64,000 nucleotides of DNA, taken from Mobula hypostoma. Lineage: Eukaryota. Location of the stretch: assembly GCF_963921235.1 (NCBI RefSeq), contig NC_086097.1, forward strand, positions 147,128,001-147,192,000. The letters run 5' to 3'. The notes under the pieces are model-generated. The model was given only the letters and a program-made list of their open reading frames with translations, was not told the DNA's origin and searched no databases. Shown here piece after piece: positions 36,860-51,065 of the stretch; positions within the stretch are counted from its first letter, which is position 1; every line of letters begins with the position of its first letter. A program made the position numbers and the translations under genes.

Positions 36860-39800
36860 ATAAGACATAGGAGCCGAATTGGCCATTGAGTCTGCTCCAA
36901 TATTCAACCATTTATTTTGATTTATGTTCCTTCTCAACCTCATTCTTCTGCCCTTACTAATAGTCATAGTCATAGTCATACTTTATTGATCCCGGGGGAA
37001 ATTGTTTTTTGTTACAGTTGCACCATAAATAATAAATAGTAATAGAACCATAAATAGTTAAATAGTAATATGTAAATTATGCCAGTAAATTATGAAATAA
37101 GTCCAGGACCAGCCTATTGGCTCAGGGTGTCTGAACCTCCAAGGGAGGAGTTGTAAAGTTTGATGGCCACAGGCAGGAATGACTTCCTATGACACTCAGT
37201 GCTGCATCTTGGTCTCTGGTTGAATGTACTCCTGTGCCCACCCAGTCCATTATGTAGTGGATGGGAGACATTGACCAAGATGGCATGCAACTTGGACAGC
37301 ATCCTCTTTTCAGACACCTCCGTGAGAGAGTCCAGTTCCATCCCCACAACATCACTGGCCTTACGGATGAGTTTGTTGATTCTGTTGGTGTCTGCTACCC
37401 TCAGTCTGCTGCCCCAGCACACAACAGCAAACATGATAGCACTGGCCACCACAGACTCGTAGAACATCCTCAGCATCGTCCGGCAGATGTTAAAGGACCT
37501 CAGTCTCCTCAGGAAATAGAGACGGCTCTGACCCTTCTTGTAGACAGCCTCAGTGTTCTTTGACCAGGCCAGTTTATTGTCAATTCGTATCCCCAGGTAT
37601 TTGTGATCCTCCACCATGTCCACACTGACCCCCTGGATGGAAGCAGGGGTCACCGGTACCTTAGCTCTCCTCAGGTCTAGCACCAGCTCCTTAGTCTTTT
37701 TCACATTAAGCTGCAGATAATTCTGCTCACACCATGTGACAAAGTTTCCTACCGTAGCCCTGTACTCAGCCTCATCTTCCTTGCTGATGCATCCAACTAT
37801 GGCAGAGTCATCTGAAAACTTCTGAAGATGGCAAGACTCTGTGCGGTAGTTGAAGTCTGAGGTGTAAAAGGTGCAGAGAAAGGGAGACAAGACAGTCCCC
37901 TGTGGAGCCCCAGTGCTGCTGATCACTCTGTGAGACACACAGTGTTGCAAGCACACGTACTGTGGTCTGCCAGTCAGGTAATCAAGAATCCATGATACCA
38001 GGGAAGCATCCACCTGCATCACTGTCAGCTTCTCCCCCAGCAGAGCAGGGCGGATGGTGTTGAATGCACTGGAGAAGTCAAAAAACATAACCCTCACAGT
38101 GCTCGCTGGCTTGTCCAGGTGGGCCTAGACACAGTTCAGCAGGTAGACGATGGCATCCTCAACTCCTAGTCGGGGCTGGTAGGCGAACTGCAGGGGATCT
38201 AAGTGTGGCCTGACCATAGGCCGGAGCAGCTCCAGAACATGTCTCTCCAGGGTCTTCATGATGTGGGAGGCCAATGCCACCAGTCTGTAGTCATTGGGGC
38301 CACTGGGGTGCAGCGTCTTCGGCACAGGGACAAGGCAGGACATCTTCCACATAACAGGAACCCTCCGGAGCCTCAGGCTCAGGTTGAATACATGGCGAAG
38401 TACTCCACATAGCTGAGGGGCACAGGCTTTGAACACCCTGGTACTGACACCATCCGGTCCTGCAGCCTTGCTTGGGTTGAGACGTTTCAGCTGTCTTCTC
38501 ACCTGTTCAGCTGTGAAGCCCACCGTGGTGGTTTCATGTGGGGAAGGGGTATAGTCATGAGAGCAGGGTGGGGGACTGTGAGGAGGGGTAGGAGGGGAGA
38601 GTGGAATATGTGTTGGTTGGGGGCCGACAACAGATGGCTCATGTGTGGGATGGGCAGGGGCCACAATGTCAAATCTGTTAAAGAACAGGTTAAGTTCATT
38701 GGCCCTGTCCACACTGCCTTCCGCTCCTCTGTTGCAAGTTTGCCGGAACCCAGTGATGGTCCTCATCCCCCTCCAGACCTCTCTCATGTTGTTCTGCTGG
38801 AGTTTCCACTCAAGCTTCCTCCTGTACCTGTCTTTAGCCTCCCTGATCCTGGCTTTCAGGTCCCTCTGTATTGCCCTCAGCTCCTCCCTATTTCCATCTC
38901 TAAATGCCCTCTTTTTAGCATTCAGGATGTCCTTAATTTCCTTTGTCACCCATGGCTTGGTATTTGAATAACAAAGGACAATTCTTGTCGGAACATTGCA
39001 GTCCACACAGAAGTTGATGTAATCAGTGATGCCTTCTGTGAGCCCATCAATATCCTCTCCATGTGGCTCACAGAGTGTCTGCCAGTCTGTCACCTCAAAA
39101 CAACCCTGGAGCGCCTCATAAGCCTCCTCTGACCATTTCCTCACTGTCCTCGAGGTTGCAGGTTTACTCTTCACCAGAGGCACGTAGCAGGGTATTAGAT
39201 GCACCAGGTTGTGATCTGACCTTCCCAGTGGGGGGAGGGGAGAGGACCTGTATGCATCCTTAACGTTAGCGTACATCAAATCCAGAGTCCTCTCCCCTCT
39301 GGTTGTACAGCTCACATACTGCGTGAAGTTGGGCAGTGTTCTAGCCATGGTAACCTGGTTGAAGTCACCCGAGATGGTAATGAGGGCAGTCGGGTGCTGG
39401 GTTTGTAATCTGGCTATGACGGTGTAAATGATGCTAGTGCTCTCAGTGCAATTCCAGTCAGCTCGAACAGTCTGGAAGCCGTCTATGGATGGAAACGCTT
39501 TGATCGGGTATGTCCTCGTGCAGCCACGTCTCAGTGAAGCACATGACACTGCTCTCCCGAAATGTTCTCTGACTCCTGACAAGCGCAGTCAGTTCGTCCA
39601 TTTTATTCCCCAGCGCTCTCACATTTCCCATGATGAGAGAGGCGAGACACGGCTTATAACTTCTGTTCTCCATAAGCCTCTGTTGTCTCGACCTGGTCCT
39701 CTTCCTTCGCCTTTCTGATCCCCCTCTATGTGTTTTCCTCCAGATTTCAGCCGGGACGTCTGCTGCTCTGTTTGCTAAGCCGGCGGGCATGAGCGTAATT

Positions 39801-42300
39801 AATTGGTCCCTGGAATAAACAATGCAGCCATCCTGCTGCCACGCTAACGAGACGTGTCTGAATGTAACTAATTCCAGCGCTAAAAAAATAGGTAAAACTC
39901 TCTCCACCAGCATGTTAGAGAGGATGCAGCTTCAACGTGAGCAAGAACTGATCAATTTCTGCATATATATACCCACTGGCTTGGCCTCCAAAGCCATTCA
40001 TGGCAATTAATTCCACAGATTTACTAACATCTTGCTAAAGAAATTCTTCTTCGTCTCAGTTTTAAAGAGATATTCATCTATTCTGAGGCTGTACCTGCTC
40101 ATCCTAGACTCTGTCAGTATGGAAATACCCTCTCTGTGTCCGCTCTATTCAGGCTTTCCAATTTACGGTGGGTTTCAATAAAGTTCCCCCCAGCATTCCA
40201 AACTCGAGCAAGAACAGGCCTTGAGCCATCAAAATCTCTTCATACATTAACCTAGTCATCCCCAGGATCATTTTCATAAATATTCTCTGGACCTTCTCCA
40301 ATTCCAGCACAACTTTTCGAAGATAAGGGTCCCAAAACTGATCACAATACTCCAAATGTGATCTCTCCACCTCATTATCATCACATTTTTGTTCTTAAGT
40401 TCTAGTCCTCTTAAACTGAATGCTAACATTGTATTTGCCTTCCTTACTGCCAACTCAACTTGCAAGTTAACCTTTAAGGAATCTTACACTAAGACTCCCA
40501 AGTCCTTTCCACCTGCAATTTTTGAAATATGTCCCTATTTGGAAACTAGTTTACATCTTTATTCCTTCTAGCAAAGTACATGTCCACACTTCCCTGCGCT
40601 GTATTTCATCTGCCATTTCTTTGTTCATTCTCCTCGTCTGCCCAAAGCCTTCTACAGAGTTCTATCTTGATTAGCAACCTCATTTGCATCATCTTGTCAA
40701 AAGCCTGAAAATCTAAGTAAACAACATCTACTGATTCTCTTTAGTCTATTAAGGCTATATTTTCCTCAAAGAATTCTGATGGATTTGTCAGGCAAGATTT
40801 CCCCTTAAGGAATGCATGCTGACTTTGGTCTACCTTACCATGTGCTTCCAAGTAATCCCAAACCTCATCCTTAACGATGGGCTCTAAAATTTTACCAACC
40901 ACTGAAGCCAGGCTAACCAGCTTATAATTTTCACCTTTGCCTCCCACCCTTCAAGATATTTGCAGTTTTCCTGTCCTCTAGAACCATTCCTGACTCTAAC
41001 TTGAAAGATCACTATTAAAGTCGCCACAATCTCCTTAGCTGCCTACTTCAGAACCCTGGAGTGTAGCCCTTGCAGTCTAGGTGACTTATCCACTTTCAGA
41101 CCTGTCAGCTTCTCACGCACATTCTCCTTCGTAACAGCAACCACACTCACTTTACCCGCTCCCCCACCCCTGACACTTGAATTTCTGGCATACTGCTGGT
41201 GTCTTCCACTGTGAAAAGTGAAGAAAAATGCTTATTCTGTTCATCCATCATTTCTTTGTTCTCCATTACCGGTATTGGCTAGCCTACTTAAGTAGTTTAT
41301 CTTTTCTCCCATTATTACTTTTTTCAGTTGCCTGCTGTTGGTACTTAAAAGCTTCCCAATCATCTAGCTTCTCATGAATTTTTGCAATATTGTATGCCCT
41401 GTCTTTGACTTCCCTTGTCAGTCTCAGTTGCCTCATCATCACTTTTTCATTCTCTATCTTCTTTGGGATAAAATGATCCTTCATCTTCCAAATTACTTGC
41501 AAAAATTCCTGCCTTTTCTGCTCCACCATCTTCCTTGCTAGAGTTCCTTTCCATTCTACTCTGGCCACATCCTCTCTCATGCCTCTCTAATTCTGCTTAC
41601 TCAATTCCAATACTAATGCATCTGATTGTAGCTTCTTACTTTCAAACTGAAGGGTGAATTCTATCATATCCTGATCAGTATCTTCTAAGGTTTTCTTTAC
41701 CTTAAGCTCCCTAATTAAATCTGGTTCATTCAATGACACGAGATTCAGAATTGCCTATTCACGAGTGAGCTTGATTATAGGTTGTTCTCAAAAGTAATGT
41801 CATAGATATTCTACAAACTGCTTCTCTAGGCATCTAGTGCCAACCTGATTTTCGTAAGGTCTAACTGAATATTGAAGTCACCAATAACCACCACAATATT
41901 ACCTTTCTTACATGCCTTTTCTGTTTCCTGTTGCAATTTGTCTCACACATACTGACTACTATTTCGAAGCCTGCATATACTTCCTTCAGGGTCTTTACAC
42001 CCTTCCACTTTCTTAACTCTATGCCAAGGATTATACATCTTGAATTCTATGCATCCATGCAAAAGGCTTGAGTTCAGTTTTACCAACAAAGTCACCTCAG
42101 TCCCTTTGGTCCGCCTGCCTGTCTTTGACAGGATATGTATCCTTGGATATTTAGCTCCCAGCTATGAGCATCTATCAGCCACAACTCTGATGCCCACAGT
42201 GCTGTACCTACCATTTTGGAATTGTACTATAAATTCATCTGCCTTGTTTCGTACAGTGCTTGCATTTGAATACGACACCTTCTGTCCTATCTTCATTGCC
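36860..42300 (-). mobile_element. Decayed CR1 split by a Rex1/Babar insertion (CR1 parts 36860-36960 and ~39940-42300)
   Basis: CR1 tail at 36860; 'HLEYCDQFWDPYLRK', 'NYKLVSLASVVGK' and 'GKSCLTN' in 40149-40947; EN remnants to ~42300. Confidence 0.85.
36961..39940 (-). mobile_element. Near full-length Rex1/Babar LINE (EN and RT), lightly disrupted
   Basis: (TAGTCA)n tail; 'GNVRALGNKMDEL..CFTETWL', 'GDFNQ', 'SDHNLV', 'KAAGPDG', 'FDFSSAFNTI', 'GAPQGTVLSP' and 'KFSDD'. Confidence 0.93.
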
Positions 42301-42330
42301 CTTTTCTCAAGTCTTTCTCAATTATATATA

Positions 42331-42349
42331 CAGTGCTGTGCAAAAGTCT
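42331..42349 (+). repeat. Orphan Tc1-like TIR remnant
   Basis: TA|CAGTGCTGTGCAAAAGTCT; no partner TIR seen. Confidence 0.4.
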
Positions 42350-42594
42350 AAATAAATTCTTTCAATTTTGCAAGAATAACATTATTCACTGACGTGCCTT
42401 TAGGTTCACTAACATTTCACTGATGGCAATAAAGTAATTTTAATACTTATTATCATTCATCAAACTTCTGCATTTCTGATACTAAAGTAGACATTTTGGA
42501 CACAAAGCCATTCAGTATGCTCTCTAATGAAATAAATCCAAAGTGAGCAAATACTCAATCAGATATGCTAAAACTGTCCCCAAATTTAATGATC

Positions 42595-42800
42595 GAATGC
42601 ACTACTGAAAGAATATCACATTATTGAAGACAAAGGGCTTCAGATGCGATATTAAATCATAGTTCTCCCTTCCTTTCAGGGCAGAAGGTGAAAATTTCAT
42701 GTCACTATTTTAAAGACCATAAGGATCATGATTAATATCCTTTGCTCAGTTGACAATGCCCTGAAGTATTTAACTACTCAGCTGTCATTATATTTGTTGA
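42595..42800 (+). repeat. Ancient DeuSINE/AmnSINE-like relic
   Basis: TTCAGATGCGATATTAAA...GGTGAAAATTTCATGTCACTATTTTAAAGA resembles the Deu-SINE core. Confidence 0.45.
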
Positions 42801-43413
42801 TATAACAACTGTTAACATGCAACAAAATAATTAATTGTGTATGAAATTGCTTGGAATGATGGGTGTGATATGAATGAGAATATATGTTCTAAATACAATA
42901 ATGAGGAATATAACAAGGCTGGCAAGTATAAAATAAATGAGTTATGGTGTACAGTATTATGTAATAGTTTCACGTTTGTGCCTCACAAAGACTGACATGA
43001 AATCTTTATTATCCACCTGGAATGGAAAGAAGATACAATAATTTAATATGATATCTGACCATTTAATCTAATGGCCACATCTCTGGTAATGTGATATTCA
43101 TTCAGTACTGTAGAGCTTTCTTCACCATGTATGCAAAGTTGATGGAAGGCAAAACAATATATTACATTGTAAGTTTAATACTTGAAAATGTCATAATTTA
43201 TATCTGCATTCCCCTTTGGTTAGCAAATTCTGTTCTTGTTCTATCAGTTTGGCATTGGATGGGATCACTCTTGTACTTAGATTTCAAAGGTGATTGTTTC
43301 AAATTCTAATCTACAATTGGGCTAGTGTTTTGGTGCAGATTTGAGAAGATAGAGCTGAATCAATTGTTAGCTGGATTACCTGACTTAGTTATGTGGTTTC
43401 TTATTGTAACACT

Positions 43414-43916
43414 GGTTCCTTAAGGTTGTCGTAGCTGGGGGAAGTAATGGGGGGCAAGCTCCCACTAGTTATTAAATGCTCCAAATGGCGTCTGCCTCAA
43501 ATAGTCTCTGACAACCAAGTCCAGCTCCTGACCTTCATGTGTGGTTTAGCTACTTAATCCCAGCGAATTGGACAGGAGAAGGGACAAAGGCAGATTATTG
43601 GCACCTTAAAACCAGTCACTTTTGGGCAGATGGTGCTCATCAGCCATGGTTGGCAGCTCACCTAGGAGAAGGAAAACTCTGATTTCAAACCTTCACTGCC
43701 TTGCAGCTGTACCCACTCATGGGGACTGGCAACTTCTGTAATAATGCTGGTACCAAACTGTATCGGTCTAAATCCTTTGGGTTCATCAAATCTGTGGAGC
43801 AGGGGAGCTTGCTTCATGGGTAACAGCTTGCGCTCCATATTGAAATGCCTAGGCTTGCATATCTAGACAACTAGGACACAATATCCATGGTCAACTCTGA
43901 CCAACGGAGGCATCAG
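43414..43916 (+). mobile_element. RTE-derived non-autonomous retroposon with 11-bp TSD
   Basis: ATTGTAACACT at 43403-43413 and 43917-43927; RTE 5'UTR-like GGAGAAGGAAAACTCTGATTTCAAACC. Confidence 0.7.
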
Positions 43917-44289
43917 ATTGTAACACTTCAAAAAGCACTTTAGTGCTGTTTTATTCATGAAGGTATGAAGCAGGATGAAACCCTTTACTTTTTCCTTTGT
44001 ACATATAGAGCATTTTCGTTTTGGTCAAACTACTGCAATTGGTTTGTTCATGGATAGAATAGCATACATCAAACATAAATCACTATAGAAAGTTTCTTTT
44101 CGGTGGCCTAGGCCCATCTCAGCAAGACACCTCCTGGCTGCAAACACCCAAAAAAAAATCACTTCAACAGAATCTTTTAGTCACTCTGTTTTCCTTTAGA
44201 TGCTTTGCTATGCCCCTTTAAAATAATATCTGTGCTTTGTATAAGGTAGAAACAAAATAATATTGGATATATTTAACAGGTTGGTAGAG

Positions 44290-45965
44290 CTATTGTCACT
44301 GTAAAAGACTATCAAGAATTTAGTAGGGTATAGCTCAGTTACAGATATAGGCAGAGAAGTGCAGATGGAGTCTATTCCAAGAATCTGTGAGTTGTTGCAC
44401 TTTGGCACATTAAGTGAAAGGAGAAGGTATGAAGTTAATGGTAAACCCCTTAAAAGCATTGTGATACAAAGGGATATAGGGATCCAAGTCCATATTTCAC
44501 TGAAACTGATGACACAGAAACTGCTAGAACCGCACAGGGTGCGTTAGTTTTACACTAGAGATGCAGGAGGCTGGAAATCAGAGTGCCAGAACAGATAATT
44601 AGAGGTATTGTAAAGACAGATGTTGTTAAGATCTCAGACAAAGTCAAGAAGAAAAAGTTTAAGCATGCTGAGACTGATACATATACTTCAATACAAAAAT
44701 TACTGTAGGAAAGGCAGATGAGCTCTAGGCATGGATCAATATATGGTAGTATGATATTGCAGTCATTAGTGAGACTTGGCTGCAGGAGGGGCAGGACTGG
44801 AAGCTCAATATTCTGGGATTCCATTGTTTTAGACGTGATAGAGCAGGAGGGGTGGTGTTACTAATTAGGGAAGATGTCATGGCAGTGCTCAGTCAGAACA
44901 AACTGGAGAACTCATCTAGTGAGGCTTTATGGGTGACACAGAGGAATTAGAAAGGTATGACCACATTAATGTGGCTATATTATAGACAGTTTGTGGGATT
45001 TAGAGGAATAAATTTCTATAGAGATTGCAGAATGTTGCAAGAAACATGAGTGGATGACTAACTCTCAAATATTGACTGGGACTCTCATACTGTAAACGGA
45101 CAAGATGGGAGAGTTTTATCAAAAATGTTCAGGGAAGTTTCCTAAGTCAGTACATAGAAGTCCCAACAAGAAAGTGCAATACTTGATCTCCTATTAGGGA
45201 ATGAGACATGGCAGGTGACAGAGGTTTGTGAAGGGGAGAACTTTGCATCATGTGATCGTAATGCCATTCATTTCAAGGGAATTATAGTAAAGGAAAGGTC
45301 TAGTACTCAGGCTGAGAATCGAAATTGGAGAAAGGCCATTTTTTATAGTATCAGAAAGGATCTGGCAAGTGTGGATTGGGACAGGCTGTTTTCTGGCAAA
45401 GGTGTACTTGGTAAGTGAAATTTTGAGAGTACACAGCTTGTATGTTCCTGACAGAATAAAAGGTAATTATAACAGGTTCAGGGAACCTTGCTTTTTGAGA
45501 GATATTGAGGTGCTGGTTAAGAAAATAAGGAGGCGTTATCGCAGGAATAGGCAGGTAGAAGCAAATGAGGTACTTGAGGAGTATAAGAAATGCAAGTGAA
45601 CACTTAAGAAAGAAGTTAGGAGAATTAAAAGAAGACATGAGGTTGTTGTAGCAGACAAAGTATAGGAGAAACCTAGGGGCTTCTATAGACATGTTAAGAG
45701 CAAAAGTGTTGCAAGGGACAAATTTGGTCCTCTGATAGCCAAAAGAGACAGGGGAGATCTTAAATGGATTTTCTCTTTTGCATCTGTATTTACTTGGGAG
45801 ATGGACACAGTCTAAGGAAGTGAGGCAAAGCAGCAGCGAGGTCATGGACCCTATACAGATTACAGAGGAACAGGCAGTGTTTGCTGCCCTGAGGAAATCA
45901 GGCTGGACAAATCCCCAGAGCCTGATAAAGTGTTCTCTCAGACCCTGTGGGAAGTAAGGGCAGAG
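44290..45965 (+). mobile_element. Decayed CR1 pieces (RT C-terminal piece to ~44520, then EN/linker)
   Basis: 'CELLHFG', 'AVISETWL', 'LDLLLGNE' and a 'DKSPEPD'-like segment near 45905-45930. Confidence 0.8.
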
Positions 45966-45979
45966 ACACTTAAACCATC

Positions 45980-46350
45980 TCAAAATTCAAAGTAAAATTT
46001 ATTTTCAGAGTACATATAACCCTGAAATTTTTTCTCTGCAGGCGTACTTAACAAATTTGTAGAACAGTAACTAAACAGGATCTGTAAACTGTAAACAAAC
46101 TGTGCAAATGCAGATAATAAATAAATAGCAATTAATTAAGAGCATGAAATAACAAGGTAAACAATTTCTTAAATGAGTGTACTGTAGTTATCCCCTTTTG
46201 TTCAATAGCCTGATGGTTGAATTGTAGTAACTGTTCTTGAAGCTGGTGGAGCAAGTCCTGGGGCACTTGTACCTTCTACCTGATGGCAGCAGCGAGAAAA
46301 GAGCACAGCCTGGGTGGTGAGGATCTTTGATGATGGATGCTACTTTTCTA
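45980..46350 (-). mobile_element. Rex1/Babar 3' end
   Basis: 'SIIKDPHHPGCALFSLLPSGRRY...FKNSY'. Confidence 0.85.
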
Positions 46351-49300
46351 TGGGAGGACCTACAGACTCTTGACAGAGGACATCGGGACTGATCTCTGAA
46401 TTCCAATGCCCCGAACTGTAATAGTGTCGCGCTTACTACTACGCTACCATGGCACCCAAATTAACATCAATGCCACGGGCCATGTTTTAAGTTAGGCATC
46501 ATCTCTGAAGGATGAAACAGAACTCACAGTTCAGGTCAATGACCTCTCATGAGACTTTCCTTGCTTTTTCATTTCTTTTGTATAAATGATTTCATGATTT
46601 GCTGAAGGAATTTACAACCAATTAAATAGTTAAAGTACATCCAACAGTGTAATGTTTGCAACTTGATAAAGAAATGACTGAGCTACATATCCCTAGTACA
46701 AACTGATTTTGTTTTGTTACTGAAGCATTCTTAGTCTAGTTATAATAAAAGTAATTTTAACCTTAATTTCAATTTACCATTTCCATGATGTATCTTGGCT
46801 ATAATCTCAAAGAAATTAATTCTGCATATTATTACTAATTTCCCACTGAACATATCACCCAGACTTACAAAATGATAATGTCATTTTTGTGCCAATTAAT
46901 GTGTGTTTAATGATTTAATGTCCACAATAACTTGTTTTGTTTTAATTGCTGCTCAGATTTAATTCATGTATTCACTTGTATTCATTCCATCATTCAGTTC
47001 TGGATTCAGTCCCAATACACTCATAAGAAAGAGACAGTGTGCTGCCACACCATCTGTGTTCATGAACCATCTGATTGAGAGAGGTTACTGTACCCCTATT
47101 CACATTTAATAAAATGTAACCACTTAGGAAGAGTAAAATAAGATATCACTCCACTGTGCAAGCAGGCATTTCATGCAAATGATGACTTGTTATCAAGTAT
47201 GACCCCTGAGAGAGTTTTTGGAAAGACTTGAGAAGCTGATGTTATTAGAGCAGGGAAGGTTGAGAGATAATTTAACAGAGGAGTTGGAGACAGTAGAAAT
47301 ACTGAGAGAGGAGTGATTCATTTGAGAGGACACAGCCTCTGACTTGGCCTTTATAATATGATCAATCCAGGTTATCATGTTTGTCAAATAACTCTAGGTT
47401 CATGCTGGACTTTAAAGGTAAGAGAAAGTGTTTTGCCCCTTTTCATGGTTATGCTAGTGCTATATTTAGGAATTATTCTGGCGTTAAGAAATTATGGAGG
47501 ATAGCATAGTTATGGATTGGCTAAAATGAGAACCAGTCTTCAGAAAATAAAACCAGCACAAAATTTAACTTCCAGCTGATACTTGCTAGTGAAACCAATC
47601 ATTGAGAGTGGAATATTCTGATTCTGTCCCATTGAAATTACATAGGGAAAACATGGGACTATTACATACGAGGAATGCTCCTGCTATTAGCACATTGTTA
47701 AAGTTGCACAGCTCATAGTAAATCTGTTTTTAAAAAAAGTTAACCTTCTGGCTAGTTGTATATTCATGGAGCCATCCTCAACACTGTAACAAAAGGGATA
47801 TAGTTTGCACTCAGAGACTTTGAGAATAGACACTGTATTGAATATTCAAGCTGAGAATGACTGCGGTGGTGTGTAGTCAACCCAGACCTTTGAAGTGAAA
47901 CTGCCAGAGCCATCATTGCTAACTACAGATGAGATAGGCCAGGATGACTGCAGCAGTGTGTAATCAAGCTAGACAAGTAGGGGCTCTGAAGTAAGAGCTT
48001 TTCCCGGGCAATTGCTTTACTAACGTCAAACTGACATCGGTTGTTAGCTTGTAGTTCCTATTGACTTTTACCACCTCTATTTGGAATGGCAATTGATTGT
48101 TCAAGTAAGGAATTCAAACACGCACTATTTACAAGATAGTCAATATCCATAATTGATAACGCAATTCTGTATAAAATAGCTATTTCTGTCCTGGCTTCAT
48201 AACAATATGGTGACTGGGGCCATGCAGTTCTCCTTGCGCACTAGCAAAATAAAGTATGTTTGAGTCAAAAATGTGCATGTGTTCTGATTCCAGTTACCGG
48301 CAGCAACAATTGTAAATATGTAACTGTAAGTTTAGTTGATGATATTCAAAATGTTAAAAACTATGTAGGTGGTTATAGCAACTGCAACTGTACTTCATCG
48401 TTTAATGTTATCTTTGTGTTGAAGAAGTGTAAAATATCAGGTCAGGTGAGTGAAATGCTCTTGGATCCTCTTGGACCCTGACAGTTTGCTGTGTGAATAA
48501 AGATCTTCCCAGCTACAACATCCACCTGGTTCAGTTTAAATCTGTCACAACACTACCAAATGTATGACAGCACAAAAGAAGAAACAAAAAGAAAGAATGG
48601 GAATGAAAATGCGAATTTGCTTCATTTGTACAATTTTCATGGCATTGATACAAGATGATTGCACTAATGGGACCCTTCTAACATACAATTTTCTACAATT
48701 TATTGATTTAAATTCCCAATCTTTATATAAACAATGTAGACATGAATGGGAAACACTCCACTTCTCAAAGGAATGACTAATCCTGTGTTTTAAGTCAATT
48801 TTGCCACTATAGCTAATTTCACAGAATGTACTCAATGACTGAATATCTGCAACCCCCTGAGGTATAGAATTTTGAACAAACACCATGTAGTGAAATTTCA
48901 ACTCATCTGAGTCAAAAAGGTGGACGGTGTTTCTGCATTTAATCTGACAATTCCTTTCAGAATCTTGTATGTCTTAATGGGATTGTCAATCATTCTTCTG
49001 TTCTCGTGAGTGTAGACCAATCTAACTCCATCTTCAACGAAAGCTAACCCTTCATCTCAGGAACCAAACTGGCAAAGTTACACTGCAGTGATATCCCATA
49101 GCATCTTTACTTGCACACTATATTCTCAGTGGTGTCTTACCAAAGTGCTATCCAATCTCAGTAAAATTTCTTGACTTTTGCACTCTAACCTAATTGGAAT
49201 GAAGTATTACGTTTGCCTACTTAATTATTTGCTTTGATGTCATGGCATTTTATCCATGTTGCAATGGTTTTTAATATAGTATTATAATGTAATTATCTTT

Positions 49301-50499
49301 TGGCTCTTCATAGCACAACCTTGTTCCATTCCTTTGCTTACTAGAACATTGCTATCCCTTCCTTCCATTCACTATTCCTCATGACATTTTTATCACAAAT
49401 GCATGGGCGAAAATGGAAAGTTACCTATTCTCTGCTAGCATTCAGGTCATACATATAATGTCAACAAAAGTATAAACAATGATCTCTTAACTGGTTCTAG
49501 ATGAAAGAGCAAGCAGGGGTATTTGATATCCCTATAATTTTGTTGCCAGTTAGCTTTGGCAAGTAGGAAAAATATACTGTAGCTTTTAATTATTTGGCTT
49601 GTTAGGATTTAGCTTTTTATTACCATGGAAAGTTTACTTTCAATAGCACTGGAAGTCCAGCCAAGTCAAATTGTCGGTATCTAATGTGAATTTTCAAACT
49701 GTACTTCACATTACCATTGTTTTCTGCAGATAAAAATACTTCCCCCCATGTTTCCAACCTTCAGATCAGAGGCTGACCAATTATCCAAATACATTGTGTT
49801 TTCATTTGGAAGATCATAAAGTGGGGATAATAGGGAACATGCAATTCCTAAAGCAAAAAAAAACTTTAGTCCAAGGGTATTGCAAAGCAAATACAAGCAT
49901 TGTGCTTTTTGAATGGCTGATTCACAGAGATGACAGTGTGATCAACAATTTCTTTTTTTTATTTCAGATGTCCAGTATCTGCAATTTTATGCTTTTGGTT
50001 TTACCTTTATGTTGTTGCACCAATGTTCCCATTCTACACCCTTTTCAGTTTAATTCCTTCAGTGTAAAACTTCATAAAAGGTTTTTATTTCTTGGCCAGT
50101 CTGTTATCAAATGTTAGCCCTTTGAATATTCAAAATCACTGATTTATAGTCAGCAACCATTTTCTTCAAATTTCAATTATACTGTGTTGCTGTTTGGTAT
50201 AGTAATGGATTTTTAACATTTCAGACAAGCCAATTCACCCCAAGGCTCCATGGCTTATTCTCATTCATATAAAGCAATTTAGCACATTTTAAAAAATAGT
50301 CACTTCTCAGAATAGATGTGCTGTAACTGATTGTTGCATTTAAAATAGCAAAGCCACTTCTTGTGAATAAAATCCTATAAGTAGCTTTAGGTGATCTGCA
50401 GTTTTTTTATTTGTTGGCAGCATCTAAACTAGGAATATTGGCAGAGCCCAGGAGCATCAATTTACATTTCCAGCATTATTCCAGAATCTGGTAGCTGAG

Positions 50500-51065
50500 T
50501 TCATAGAACATAGAACAGTACAAGCCCTTTGGCCTACGATGTTGTGCTGATAGTTAACCTCCTCCAAGGTCAATATAATCCTCCCCTCCTGCCTAGTCTT
50601 TTATTTTACTTTCATCCATGTGACTATCTAAGAATCTCTTAAATGCCCCTAATCTCCTTCTTATCGGCACTCCTGGCAATGCATTCCATACACTTGCCAC
50701 TCACTGTGCAAAATCCCCCCACTGTGATATCACTCCTCCCCCAATAATTTCCTTCAATCACTTAAAAATTATGTAATCTCATTAGCTATGCTGCCCTTTG
50801 AAAAAGACACTGGTTGTCCACTGTCTGTGCCTCATCTTGTTCACTTATCAAGTCACCTTTCATCCTCCTCTGCATAGAGAAAAGCTTTAACTCACTCAGC
50901 CTGTCCTCAGGAGACATCATCTCTAATCGAGCGAGTATGCTGGTAAATCACCTCTGCACCTTCTGTAAAGCTTCCACATCCTTGCTATAATGAGGTGACC
51001 ACTCTGAACACAATACTCCCAGTGTGGTTTAACTAGAGTTTCAAAAAGCTGCAACATTACCTTGC
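50500..51065 (-). mobile_element. Decayed CR1 3' end
   Basis: CATAGAACATAGAAC tail; collinear with 30060-30650. Confidence 0.85.
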
